NCBI GenBank assembly: GCA_965662235.1
Contig: CBFIGY010000005.1
Location: forward strand, 46,019-110,018
Source: an uncultured bacterium
GTDB taxonomy: Bacteria > SAR324 > NAC60-12
Direction of reading: 5' to 3'
DNA length: 64,000 nt
Positions within the stretch are counted from its first letter, which is position 1; every line of letters begins with the position of its first letter. This document shows, one piece after another, positions 19,347-28,582 of this stretch. The notes beneath the pieces were generated by a model, which was given only the letters and a program-made list of their open reading frames with translations, searched no databases and was not told the DNA's origin. Position numbers and translations under genes: made by a program.

Positions 19347-20284
19347 CGCCGCTGCTTCGCCTCCTTGCGGGGCTTCTGGTGCTCCTGCCCACCACCAGCT
19401 GGGGCAAGGACTTTTATGACCTCCGCCCCACTCAGATCGCGCCGGATACCTACGTCCTGTTCGGAAAGACGGAAGGCTTTGCCCGCGAAAATCACGGCAA
19501 CATCGTCAACACCTCCTTTGTGACCACGTCGGCGGGCGTGCTGGTGATTGACTCCGGCCCCTCCAAGCTCTACGGCGAGGCCCTCCGGAAGGCGATTGCC
19601 ACCGTGACCGATCAGCCCATCTGGCAGGTCTGGATCACCCACCACCATCCGGACCATGCGTTTGGCAACCAGGCCTTTGACGCAGACCAGATCCACGCCC
19701 TTCCCAAGACCATTGAGGGCCTCAAGACGCAAGGGCCAGGCTTTCTGGACAACCTCTACCGCCTGGTGGGCGCCCCCATGCAGGGGACAGACGTGGTGCT
19801 GCCGAAGCATGCTCTTGCCCCAGGAGTGGTTGAAGTGGGCGGGCACCGCATGCGCCTGATTGCCCTGCACGGACACACCAGCGCTGACCTTGCCATCTTC
19901 GATGAAACCACCGGAGTCCTCTTTGCTGGAGACATCGTCTTCCACAACCGGGCCCTCGCCACGCCGCATGCCCAGATTGGCCCCTGGCTGGAGTCCCTGA
20001 AGGAGCTTGAGCAGTTGCCTTTCAAACTGCTGGTTCCAGGTCATGGAGCCACCTCGACCGATACCGGCCCCATTCTCCAAACCCAACGGCACCTGGAGTG
20101 GCTGCATGAGGTCTTTGCCCGGGCCAGCCTGAAGGGACGGAACATGAACGAGGTCATGCAGACGCCAACGCCCAAGGAGTTTGAAAGCATCGCCCTCTTC
20201 CGGGAGGAACTCGCACGGTCGGTGGTGCACCTCTATCCCAAGTATGAAGCCCAAACCTTTTCTCTGATCCAAAAATCACAATGA
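19343..20284 (+). CDS. Quinoprotein relay system zinc metallohydrolase (MBL fold, SoxH-related)
   Basis: N.GNIVN, VIDSGPS..YG, THHHPDHAFGNQAF, GHT..DL, VPGHG. Confidence 0.88.
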   Translation: MTPLLRLLAGLLVLLPTTSWGKDFYDLRPTQIAPDTYVLFGKTEGFARENHGNIVNTSFVTTSAGVLVIDSGPSKLYGEALRKAIATVTDQPIWQVWITHHHPDHAFGNQAFDADQIHALPKTIEGLKTQGPGFLDNLYRLVGAPMQGTDVVLPKHALAPGVVEVGGHRMRLIALHGHTSADLAIFDETTGVLFAGDIVFHNRALATPHAQIGPWLESLKELEQLPFKLLVPGHGATSTDTGPILQTQRHLEWLHEVFARASLKGRNMNEVMQTPTPKEFESIALFREELARSVVHLYPKYEAQTFSLIQKSQ

Positions 20285-21456
20285 AGGCACGTCTCTTTCT
20301 GACGGTTCTCCTGACGTCCCTAGCCTCCGTTGGCTGGGGTCAGCAAGCGAAGTTGGAAGTCTCTGTGACCTACCTTGAGCAGCAGGTGGAGCGCCCGCCT
20401 GTTCTTTCCAACCTAGATGAGGAGCCCGAAGACCTCGGCCTTCAGGGGGCGCGTCTTGGCATTCAGGACAACCTAGCCTCCGGGCGTTTCCTAGGGCAGC
20501 GTTACGAGTTGCAGGAAAAAGTGGTCCCGGTCGGAGGAGACTGGGAAGCCGCCGTCCAGGAGGTCCTGGCTTCTGGTACCCACTACCTCGTGCTGAACGC
20601 CCCTGCTGCAGAAACCCTGCAGGCCACCAAGTGGGCTCAGGACCAGGAGGTCCTGCTCTTCAACGCGGGGGCTCCAGAAAACACCCTCCGCGAGGAGCAG
20701 TGCCAGGCCAACCTGCTGCACACGCTCCCCAGCCGAGCCATGCTGACGGATGCACTGGGACAGTACCTGCTGTTCATGAAGTGGAAACGCTGGTTCCTCA
20801 TCTCCGGGAACAAGCCGGGTGATCAGCTCTACGTGGCCTCGCTCAAGCGCACCGCCAAGCGTTACGGCATCAAGATTGTTGCTGAAAAGCAATGGACCTT
20901 TGACTCGGACATGCGGCGCTTGGCACAGCAGGAATTCCCACTCTTTACCCAGATTCCAGAGGAGTACGACGTTCTCATGGTGGCTGATGAGATTGGAGAC
21001 TTCGGCGAGTACCTTCCCTACCACACGCGCGATCCGCGTCCAGTGGCCGGCACCCAAGGGTTGGTGGCCACCACCTGGGACCGCGTGGTGGAGCAGTGGG
21101 GGGCGGTGCAGCTGCAGGAACGGTTTGAACGCCTGTCCGGACGGAACATGCGGGCCAAGGACTATGCCGCTTGGGTGGCCATGCGAGCCATTGGAGAGGC
21201 GGTCACCCGCACCAAAGCCGTTGACCCGCCGACCCTCCGGTCCTACCTCCTCAGCGACCAGTTGAAGATCGCCGGCTTCAAGGGCCTGAGCCTAAACTTC
21301 CGGTCCTGGAATGGGCAGCTGCGGCAGACCATCCCCCTGGTCCATCCCCGCGCCCTCGTTTCCACCTCGCCTCAACAGGGGTTCCTGCATCCCAAAACGG
21401 AGCTAGACACCCTGGGCTTTGATCAACCTGAATCCAACTGCCAAGCCTTTCAATGA
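20281..21456 (+). CDS. LivK-like substrate-binding protein of PQQ-ADH systems (PedA2-like)
   Basis: GARLGIQDN..SGRFLGQ, PSRAMLTDAL.QYL, EQWGAVQLQERF, FR.WNGQLRQ, SPQQGFLHP..ELDTLG.D.PES.C. Confidence 0.85.
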   Translation: MKARLFLTVLLTSLASVGWGQQAKLEVSVTYLEQQVERPPVLSNLDEEPEDLGLQGARLGIQDNLASGRFLGQRYELQEKVVPVGGDWEAAVQEVLASGTHYLVLNAPAAETLQATKWAQDQEVLLFNAGAPENTLREEQCQANLLHTLPSRAMLTDALGQYLLFMKWKRWFLISGNKPGDQLYVASLKRTAKRYGIKIVAEKQWTFDSDMRRLAQQEFPLFTQIPEEYDVLMVADEIGDFGEYLPYHTRDPRPVAGTQGLVATTWDRVVEQWGAVQLQERFERLSGRNMRAKDYAAWVAMRAIGEAVTRTKAVDPPTLRSYLLSDQLKIAGFKGLSLNFRSWNGQLRQTIPLVHPRALVSTSPQQGFLHPKTELDTLGFDQPESNCQAFQ

Positions 21457-21881
21457 GACACACACGGTCCCTTTTTACGGGTCTTCTGGGCGCCTGTTTG
21501 CTCCCAGGAGGGGCATTCGCAACTCAACTCTACCTGACCGAAGATCTCGTTTGGACAACCGACCTTCCTGAGGCCTACATTGCCGAGTATGACGGCGACA
21601 CACAGGCCGGACTTCCCAACGGACAAGGCGTGGGCTACTTTTACGGAAGCCTAGAGATCTGCGCTGCTGTGGAAGCCGATGAAGTGGAAGAAGTCGATCC
21701 GGAGATTGCTGAAGGGCTCTGCCTGGAAGCCAGTGCCGACATGGCCATGTACGAAGGAGAGTGGCGTTCCGGAAAACCGTGGGAAGGCATTGTCGCTCAA
21801 GCAGGCATTGCTGAAGCGGTGATTGAAGCAGGAATTTTGAACGAAGAGGCGTCCAAGTTTGAGGAGGAAGACGATGATTAA
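21453..21881 (+). CDS. Secreted, highly acidic hypothetical protein with MORN-like motifs
   Basis: Signal peptide ending AFA; YDGD..AGLPNGQG and YEGEWRSGKPWEG. Overlaps both neighbours. Confidence 0.7.
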   Translation: MRHTRSLFTGLLGACLLPGGAFATQLYLTEDLVWTTDLPEAYIAEYDGDTQAGLPNGQGVGYFYGSLEICAAVEADEVEEVDPEIAEGLCLEASADMAMYEGEWRSGKPWEGIVAQAGIAEAVIEAGILNEEASKFEEEDDD

Positions 21882-22851
21882 GCCATTTGTGAAGCCGGCC
21901 CTGGTGCTGCTGGGACTCGGATGGGCCAGCCTGGCCTCCGCCCAAACCGCTTGGGTTTCAAATGAGAAAGACAACACCCTCTCGGTGATTGACCTAGAAA
22001 CCCTGGAGCTGGTGGAAACCATCCCGGTGGGACTCCGTCCTCGGGGGATCATCTTCAGTAAGGACTTCAAGCACCTGTTCATCTGTGCCAGTGATGACAA
22101 CACCGTTCAGGTGTTGGATGTTGCCACCCGCAAGATCACCCACAACCTCCCGTCTGGAGAAGACCCCGAGCAGTTTGCGCTGCACCCGAACAACCGGGAC
22201 CTCTACATCTCCAACGAAAACGATAACATTGCCACCGTGGTCGACACCGAAACCCGAGAGGTGCTGGCCCAGATTGACGTGGGCGTGGAACCGGAAGGCA
22301 TGGCGGTCAGTCCCGATGGTAAGTGGGCCATCAACACGTCTGAAACCACCAACATGCTGCATTGGATCAACACGGAAACCCGGGAATTGGTCCACAACAC
22401 GCTGGTGGGACAGCGTCCCCGGCACGTGGAGTTCATGCACACCCGGAACCTCGTGTGGGCGTCTGCTGAGATTGGCGGCACCGTGCATGTGATTGATGTG
22501 GGCACCCAGGAGCAGGTCCACGAGTTTAGCTTCAAGATCCGGGGGATTCACCCCAACCGCATTCAGCCGGTGGGCATCCGCTTCAACCAAGAAGAGACCC
22601 TTGCGTTTGTCGCTCTGGGGCCTGCAAACCATGTCGCCGTGGTCAACACCGAGACCTATGAGGTGGAGAAGTACCTGCTGGTGGGACGCCGGGTCTGGCA
22701 CATGGACCTGACCCCTGATGGCAAGACGCTGCTCACCACCAACGGCGTCAGTGGCGATGTCTCGGTGATTGATGTGGAGGACCTGAAGGTGCTCAAGTCG
22801 ATCAAGGTCGGACGCTTCCCATGGGGCGTCCGGGTGCTTCCCAAGAGCTGA
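21874..22851 (+). CDS. PQQ-dependent catabolism-associated YVTN beta-propeller protein (PedA1-like)
   Basis: VSNEKDNT.SVID, VG.RPRGI, LPSGEDPEQF, VGVEPEGMAVSPDG, VGRFPWG. Confidence 0.9.
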   Translation: MIKPFVKPALVLLGLGWASLASAQTAWVSNEKDNTLSVIDLETLELVETIPVGLRPRGIIFSKDFKHLFICASDDNTVQVLDVATRKITHNLPSGEDPEQFALHPNNRDLYISNENDNIATVVDTETREVLAQIDVGVEPEGMAVSPDGKWAINTSETTNMLHWINTETRELVHNTLVGQRPRHVEFMHTRNLVWASAEIGGTVHVIDVGTQEQVHEFSFKIRGIHPNRIQPVGIRFNQEETLAFVALGPANHVAVVNTETYEVEKYLLVGRRVWHMDLTPDGKTLLTTNGVSGDVSVIDVEDLKVLKSIKVGRFPWGVRVLPKS

Positions 22852-22855
22852 CGCT

Positions 22856-23410
22856 TTACTGGGGAAGCAGCTGCAGGAAGGTCCCGGCGTCCGGATGCTG
22901 GGCTTCCTTAGCCAGGGTCAGCCAGCGCCGGGCTTCAGCCACCGTGTCCGTGTCCGGAGGAACGTCGGTGCCATAGTTGGTGGCCAGCATGACGCCTAGG
23001 TTGAACTGAGCGTCTCGATCTCCTTGCTCTGCGGCCATCCGGAAGTACTGAGCCGCAGTACGGTTGTTCTTCTCCACTCCTAGGCCTTCTTCATAGGCAA
23101 GGCCGAGGTTGAGCTGAGCAACCGGGTCGCCGAGGTTGGCCGCCTTGGTGAGCCAGAAGGTGGACTGCTCGAGGTCCTTGGGGGTTCCGAGCCCCTTTTC
23201 ATACTGATTGGCCAGGTTGATCATGGCAGTGGTGTTGCCCTGATCCGAGAGCTTTTGCCACATGGCCAGGGACTCTTCATAGCGTCCCATCTTGAAGACC
23301 GCATAGGCCTTCAGGGCGGCGACACCCGTATTTTCCGCTCCTCCTTCCGCCTGGAGAGCGGCAGGGGTGCTGAAAAGCACAAACACGAACAAGGCAGAAA
23401 TGAGTTTCAT
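22856..23410 (-). CDS. Secreted Sel1-repeat protein
   Basis: AMINLA..YEKGLG, AQLNLG.AYEEGLGV, AQFNLGVM repeats. Signal peptide from MKLISALF. Confidence 0.85.
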   Translation of the reverse strand: MKLISALFVFVLFSTPAALQAEGGAENTGVAALKAYAVFKMGRYEESLAMWQKLSDQGNTTAMINLANQYEKGLGTPKDLEQSTFWLTKAANLGDPVAQLNLGLAYEEGLGVEKNNRTAAQYFRMAAEQGDRDAQFNLGVMLATNYGTDVPPDTDTVAEARRWLTLAKEAQHPDAGTFLQLLPQ

Positions 23411-23975
23411 AGGGCGGTTGATCTTAGGAGTGATGGGCGGGGTGTTGCTGCTGAGCAGCACCAGTTGGTCGCAGGATACCGGAGCTTCCGACGATTGGGA
23501 AGACGAATACTTTACCATCGACGGCTACCGGATCATGCACTACAGCTTCCCCACTCCGGAAGCGGCAGAGGGAGGAACCACCGTCCATGTTGCCGAGTTG
23601 GAGGCCATGCGACACGATGGGAAGCCGCTGGTGCTGGTGGATGTGCAGCCCACGCTGTTCCGCAGCGGACGCTTCATCTGGGAGGCCCCGCACCGGGTCA
23701 TTGCCGGCAGCTACTGGCTTCCGAACGTCGGACACGGAGACCTGCTCCCCGAGTGGTCGAACTACCTCGCGGATTTCATGCGGACGCAAACAGCAGTTGA
23801 TCCGGAGGTCCGGATTGTGTTCTACTGCACAGCAAATTGCTGGATGTCCTGGAACACCGTCAAACGGGCGGCGGAAATGGGCTACGCGCACATCGCTTGG
23901 TTCAAGGATGGCATTGAGGCTTGGGAAGCCGCCGGCCTTCCCATGGAAGACGCCACACCGGTTCCCCGGAGCTGA
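23400..23975 (+). CDS. PQQ-dependent catabolism-associated CXXCW-motif rhodanese-like protein
   Basis: GYR..HY..PTP, IAGSYWLPNVG.G, FYCTANCWMSWN..KRA, W...G.P. Start uncertain. Confidence 0.85.
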   Translation: MSFIGRLILGVMGGVLLLSSTSWSQDTGASDDWEDEYFTIDGYRIMHYSFPTPEAAEGGTTVHVAELEAMRHDGKPLVLVDVQPTLFRSGRFIWEAPHRVIAGSYWLPNVGHGDLLPEWSNYLADFMRTQTAVDPEVRIVFYCTANCWMSWNTVKRAAEMGYAHIAWFKDGIEAWEAAGLPMEDATPVPRS

Positions 23976-23993
23976 ACCCAGGCTTCAGGCCCG

Positions 23994-24422
23994 TCACGGT
24001 TGTGTGGGGGCAGCCGGGCTGTAGAAGTAGACAATGCTCTTGCGGCGATCCAGGAAGCTCCGGACGGTGGCTTCGGCAAACTGACTCCCGCGGCTGGACG
24101 CATAGACCACGCAACCGACGCTGCCTGAGGCGTCAATGGCCTGGCTCCGGATCGCAGAAAACGCCTCTCGGGCTTCCTCCTGCCGGGTGAGGACCTGACG
24201 CCGAAAGTTCACGCCTCCCTTGAGGGTCGTGACGCACAAGAAGCCCTCGAAGGTGACATCGACCGACTGCACCCCCCACCCCTGGAGCCGCTCCAGGGTC
24301 GCGTCGGCATGCTGCTGAGCGGCAGGGGTGTTGCCCGACGCCAGCGACGTTGGTTCGTTTCCAGCTGCTCCCGTACTGACGGTCAGGAAGAGAAACAGCC
24401 ACTTGAAGGAACAGAATTTCAC
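23994..24422 (-). CDS. Hypothetical exported protein
   Basis: GTG start after GGAGG, hydrophobic N-terminus, two further Cys. No family recognised. Confidence 0.55.
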   Translation of the reverse strand: MKFCSFKWLFLFLTVSTGAAGNEPTSLASGNTPAAQQHADATLERLQGWGVQSVDVTFEGFLCVTTLKGGVNFRRQVLTRQEEAREAFSAIRSQAIDASGSVGCVVYASSRGSQFAEATVRSFLDRRKSIVYFYSPAAPTQP

Positions 24423-24495
24423 AGGCCCTCCAGAGCAGGTCAAGGTGCGGATTTACCTTAGCCGGGGGCTTTTCGGGTGTCAACACTCGGAATCA

Positions 24496-24525
24496 TTGAC
24501 TTTCGGTAGCACCGCGTGCTATCAC
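24496..24525 (+). promoter_or_regulatory. Candidate cox operon promoter with embedded palindrome
   Basis: TTGACT (24496-24501), perfect TAGCAC-CGC-GTGCTA (24507-24521), then TGcTATCAC as an extended -10-like element. Confidence 0.45.
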
Positions 24526-24590
24526 ATTCGCGCTTTCTGCTCTCACGAGGCGCCTTAACCCTCTCTCCCAAATTAGAAGGAGGACCCACC

Positions 24591-25052
24591 ATGCAAGTCA
24601 CGATGACCGTCAATGGCGCGACTGTCTCTCAAGACGTCGAGCCGCGAACCCTACTCGTGCAGTTTTTGCGCGAAAACCTCAGTCTGACTGGCACCCACGT
24701 TGGTTGTGATACCAGCAGCTGTGGCGCCTGCACCATTGTCGTCAATGGAGAATCCGTCAAGTCCTGCACCCTGCTGGCGGTGCAGTGCGATGGCGCTGAA
24801 ATCACCACCATCGAGGGATTGGCGTCCAACGGAACGCTGCATCCGCTCCAAGAGGGCTTCCGCGAGAAGCATGGCCTGCAGTGTGGCTACTGCACCCCGG
24901 GAATGATCATGAGTTCCTGGCAGTTGCTCCAGCGCAACCCCAAGCCTTCCGAACAAGAAATCCGGCACGCGCTCGAAGGAAACTTCTGCCGCTGCACGGG
25001 ATACGACAACATCGTCAAGGCCGTTCAGTGGGCCGCTGACCAGTCTGCATAA
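24591..25052 (+). CDS. coxS: (2Fe-2S) small subunit of molybdenum hydroxylase
   Basis: [11 protein letters not shown] and [27 protein letters not shown]. Confidence 0.92.
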   Translation: MQVTMTVNGATVSQDVEPRTLLVQFLRENLSLTGTHVGCDTSSCGACTIVVNGESVKSCTLLAVQCDGAEITTIEGLASNGTLHPLQEGFREKHGLQCGYCTPGMIMSSWQLLQRNPKPSEQEIRHALEGNFCRCTGYDNIVKAVQWAADQSA

Positions 25053-25063
25053 AGGAGGAATTC

Positions 25064-27427
25064 ATGGGCAAATACATTGGACAAGCGATCAAGCGGGTCG
25101 AGGACCAGCGGTTCATCACCGGTAAGGGAACCTACACCGATGACATTGTGCTGCACCGCATGACGCATGCGTACATTCTGCGCAGCCAGCTGGCACACGC
25201 ACGCATCAAGAGCATCGACACCTCTGCCGCCAAAGCGGCTCCAGGAGTGGTGGCCATCTTCACCGGCGAAGACGTCAAAGACGTCAACGGCGTCCCCTGC
25301 GGCTGGCAGGTGAACTTCAAGGGGGGCGAGACCATGCGCGAGCCGAAGCACCCCTTGCTCGTGCACGACAAGGTCCGACACGTTGGCGACAGTGTGGCCG
25401 TGGTCATTGCTGAAACCAAATCGCAGGCTCGAGATGCCGCGGACCTGATTGAAGTGGACTACGAGGAACTCCCCGTGGTGGTGGAGTCGGTGGACGCTCT
25501 CAAGCCGGATGCCGCCAAGGTGCACGATGAGCTTCCGGACAACCTGGTCTTCGACTGGGAACTCGGAGACGCCGGCGCTGCCGACGAGGGACTGGCCAAG
25601 GCCAGCCACGTCACCACCATGAAGATCCGCAACCAGCGGCTGGTGCCCAACCCCATCGAGCCCCGCAGCTACATTGGGGACTACGATGCCTCCCGTGACA
25701 ACTACACCCTCTACACGTCCTCGCAGAATCCGCACGTGATTCGCCTGCTGATGTGTGCCTTTGTGCTCGGCATTCCGGAGCACAAGGTCCGCGTGGTTGC
25801 CAAGGACGTCGGCGGTGGATTCGGTAGCAAGATCTACCACTACACCGAAGAAGCCTTGGTCACCTGGGCCTCCAAGCAGATCGGACGTCCGATCAAGTGG
25901 ACCTCCGAGCGCAGCGAAGCCTTTGTCACCGACGCGCACGGACGGGATCACCACACCACGGCCCAGATGGGCTTTGATGCTGACGGCAAGCTGACCGCTC
26001 TCAAGGTGCACACCGACGCCAACCTCGGCGCGTACCTTTCGACCTTCTCCACCGCGGTTCCGACCTACCTGTACGGAACGCTGCTGCAGGGTCAGTACAC
26101 CACCCCGGCGGTGTACGTCAGCGTCAACGCCGTGTTCACCAACACCACCGCGGTCGACGCCTACCGTGGCGCCGGACGTCCGGAAGCGACCTACCTGCTG
26201 GAGCGCCTCATGGACACCGCTGCTGCCGAAATGGGCATGGACCCGGCAGAGCTGCGCATGAAGAACTTCATTCCGCCGTTCGACGGAGTGAGCGAACCCG
26301 GCTACCAGACTCAGGTGGCGCTGCAGTACGACAGCGGCAACTACGAGGCAGCCATGCGCAAGGCACTGGACCTCATTGGGTACGATCAACTCCGCAAGGA
26401 GCAGGAAGAAGCTCGCAAGCAAGGCCGCTACATCGGCATCGGCTTCTCCTCCTACATTGAGGCCTGCGGCATCGCGCCGTCTGCCGTTGTGGGCTCCCTC
26501 GGCGCACGGGCCGGACTGTTTGAGAGCGCCAACGTGCGTGTCCAGCCGACTGGAATGGTCTCGGTCTACACCGGAAGCCACTCCCACGGTCAGGGCCACG
26601 ACACCACCTTTGCTCAGGTGGTGGCTGATCACCTTGGCATTGCCATGGAAAACGTGGAAATCATCCACGGAGACACCGAGCAGGTGCCGTTTGGAATGGG
26701 AACCTACGGGTCCCGGAGCCTCGCGGTCGGTGGAAGCGCCATTGTGGGGGCTCTGGAGAAGGTCAAGGAAAAGGGCGCCAAGGTGGCGGCTCACCTCCTG
26801 GAAGCCTCGGAGCAGGACCTCGAGTTTGCTGACGGCAGCTGGACCGTGAAGGGCACCGACAAGTCGATCAGCTTCGGCGAAGTCGCCCTCGCGTCGTACG
26901 TCCCCCACAACTTCCCTGAAGGCCTGGAGCCAGGGATTGAGTTCAACAGCTTCTACGACCCGGCCAACTTCACCTACCCCTTCGGCACCTACATTGCCGT
27001 GGTGGAAGTGGACACCGAAACGGGCAAAACCACCGTCAAGCGCTTCGTCGCTGTGGATGACGTCGGCAACATCGTCAACCCGATGATTGTGGAAGGTCAG
27101 ATCCACGGTGGACTGGCGCAGGGCATTGGACAGGCGCTGCTGGAAGGCGCGGTGTATGACGAAAGCGGTCAGCTCACCACCGGAACCTTCTTGGACTACG
27201 CCATGCCCCGGGCAGATGACCTGATCTCCTTTGAAGTGGATGGCAACGTCACCCCTTGCCCGCACAATCCGTTGGGCGCCAAGGGAGCTGGAGAGGCGGG
27301 CTGCATTGGCTCCACCCCGGCCATCGTCAACGCTGTGGTGGACGCCCTGCGACCGCTGGGCGTGAAGGACCTGGCCATGCCGCTGACCCCGCAAAAGGTC
27401 TGGGCCGCTCTCAACGACGCCGCCTAA
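25064..27427 (+). CDS. coxL: Molybdopterin large subunit, form II CoxL-like / xanthine dehydrogenase family
   Basis: R.ED.RFITG.G.Y.DD, VGGGFGSK, active-site AYRGAGRPEA, GQGH.T, GAKGAGEAG. Confidence 0.9.
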   Translation: MGKYIGQAIKRVEDQRFITGKGTYTDDIVLHRMTHAYILRSQLAHARIKSIDTSAAKAAPGVVAIFTGEDVKDVNGVPCGWQVNFKGGETMREPKHPLLVHDKVRHVGDSVAVVIAETKSQARDAADLIEVDYEELPVVVESVDALKPDAAKVHDELPDNLVFDWELGDAGAADEGLAKASHVTTMKIRNQRLVPNPIEPRSYIGDYDASRDNYTLYTSSQNPHVIRLLMCAFVLGIPEHKVRVVAKDVGGGFGSKIYHYTEEALVTWASKQIGRPIKWTSERSEAFVTDAHGRDHHTTAQMGFDADGKLTALKVHTDANLGAYLSTFSTAVPTYLYGTLLQGQYTTPAVYVSVNAVFTNTTAVDAYRGAGRPEATYLLERLMDTAAAEMGMDPAELRMKNFIPPFDGVSEPGYQTQVALQYDSGNYEAAMRKALDLIGYDQLRKEQEEARKQGRYIGIGFSSYIEACGIAPSAVVGSLGARAGLFESANVRVQPTGMVSVYTGSHSHGQGHDTTFAQVVADHLGIAMENVEIIHGDTEQVPFGMGTYGSRSLAVGGSAIVGALEKVKEKGAKVAAHLLEASEQDLEFADGSWTVKGTDKSISFGEVALASYVPHNFPEGLEPGIEFNSFYDPANFTYPFGTYIAVVEVDTETGKTTVKRFVAVDDVGNIVNPMIVEGQIHGGLAQGIGQALLEGAVYDESGQLTTGTFLDYAMPRADDLISFEVDGNVTPCPHNPLGAKGAGEAGCIGSTPAIVNAVVDALRPLGVKDLAMPLTPQKVWAALNDAA

Positions 27428-27515
27428 TCCGCAACCTGAACCCCGATCGGCCTCTTTCTGCTTGAATGACCGGCAGGAAGAGGCGACGGAAACCTAAGAC
27501 AAAGGAGAATTTCTT

Positions 27516-28370
27516 ATGGTTCCTACCTCATTTGACTATCATCGGGCGTCCAGCGTGGATGAAGCCATTGCGCTCATGCAGCAGTATGGCGAGGACGCCA
27601 AAATCCTAGCCGGCGGCCACAGCCTGGTTCCGGCCATGAAACTGCGTCTGGCAACCCCGGAGCGGCTGATTGACCTTGGGGGCATCGAAGGCCTGAAGTA
27701 CATCAACGACAAGGGCGACCACATTGCCGTGGGCGCCATGGCCACCCACTGGATGCTCGAGTCCTCCAGCGTGGTGCAGCAGAAGGCCCCGGCCCTCAGC
27801 CAAGCTGCCGGCGCCATTGGTGACGTCCAGGTCCGCAACCGTGGCACCATTGGTGGCGCCCTTGCCCACTCAGACCCGGCTGCCGACTACCCCGGTGCCG
27901 TGCTGGCCCTGAACGCCAGCATGGTCATCAAGGGCTCCGGAGGCGAGCGTGTGGTGCCTGCCAGCGAGTACTTCGTGGACCTGTGGGAGACCGCTGTCCA
28001 GCCCGGAGAACTGCTGGTCGAGATCCGCATTCCGACCGATGCTGCCAACGCCAACTCCTGCTACGTCAAGTACGCTCAGCCGGCCTCCCGGTACCCGTAC
28101 GTCGGCGTCGCTGTGGCCATGGACAAGTCCGGAGGCACCTGCTCCGACCTTCGGGTCGGCTTCAGTGGCGTGGGTCACTCGGCCTTCCGTGATGCGGGAG
28201 TCGAGGGCGCCCTCAAGGGCCAAGCGGTCAATGAAGCCACTGCCAAAGCAGCGGCAGATCAAGCCACTCAGGGCAAAGACGTCCTCAGTGACTGGTCCGT
28301 CAGCGAAGACTACCGACGTGCCATGGCACGAGTCTTCACCAAGCGAGCTCTGCTTCAAGTAGGCGCGTAA
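27516..28370 (+). CDS. coxM: FAD-binding medium subunit of molybdenum hydroxylase
   Basis: LAGGHSLVP.MKLRLA.P and IGDVQVRNRGTIGG..AHSDPAAD.P. Confidence 0.92.
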   Translation: MVPTSFDYHRASSVDEAIALMQQYGEDAKILAGGHSLVPAMKLRLATPERLIDLGGIEGLKYINDKGDHIAVGAMATHWMLESSSVVQQKAPALSQAAGAIGDVQVRNRGTIGGALAHSDPAADYPGAVLALNASMVIKGSGGERVVPASEYFVDLWETAVQPGELLVEIRIPTDAANANSCYVKYAQPASRYPYVGVAVAMDKSGGTCSDLRVGFSGVGHSAFRDAGVEGALKGQAVNEATAKAAADQATQGKDVLSDWSVSEDYRRAMARVFTKRALLQVGA

Positions 28371-28377
28371 CCCCCCT

Positions 28378-28408
28378 GAGGCGTCGGATCTTCCGGCGCC
28401 TCTTTCCT
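28378..28408 (+). terminator. Rho-independent terminator of coxSLM
   Basis: GAGGCGTCGGA-TCT-TCCGGCGCCTC followed by TTT and a long pyrimidine tract. Confidence 0.65.
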
Positions 28409-28582
28409 CCTCCTGCTTCTCCCGTTCCCCTCTCTTTTTTTCCGCACCGTTTCGGGCTCTCCAGCGTTTTTTTGGGCCTTCTGCCGTATTTTCCTTGCAG
28501 GGCCCCAAGATTTCGTTTATTGGTAGGCCTCATTCACCATCGTCACGAACTGCAGTGCCCCCTGACCCTGTTTGAAAAAACC

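Noticed and set aside
18543..20284. Thiosulfate-oxidising Sox pathway
   Set aside because: There is no soxA, X, B, C or D, and the carrier is the fused, internally GGGC, quinoprotein-associated type.
24507..24521. CIRCE element
   Set aside because: Only the TAGCAC/GTGCTA cores match; the spacing is wrong and no chaperone gene follows.
25025..27394. 789-aa minus-strand ORF, and similar long antisense ORFs at 13230-14606, 15096-16640, 44517-46181 and 50569-51924
   Set aside because: These are antisense shadows of well-supported genes, expected from GC-rich codon bias, and carry no recognisable motifs.
25064..27427. Bona fide aerobic CO dehydrogenase
   Set aside because: It lacks the form I AYxCSFR motif, the M-S-L order and the accessory genes.
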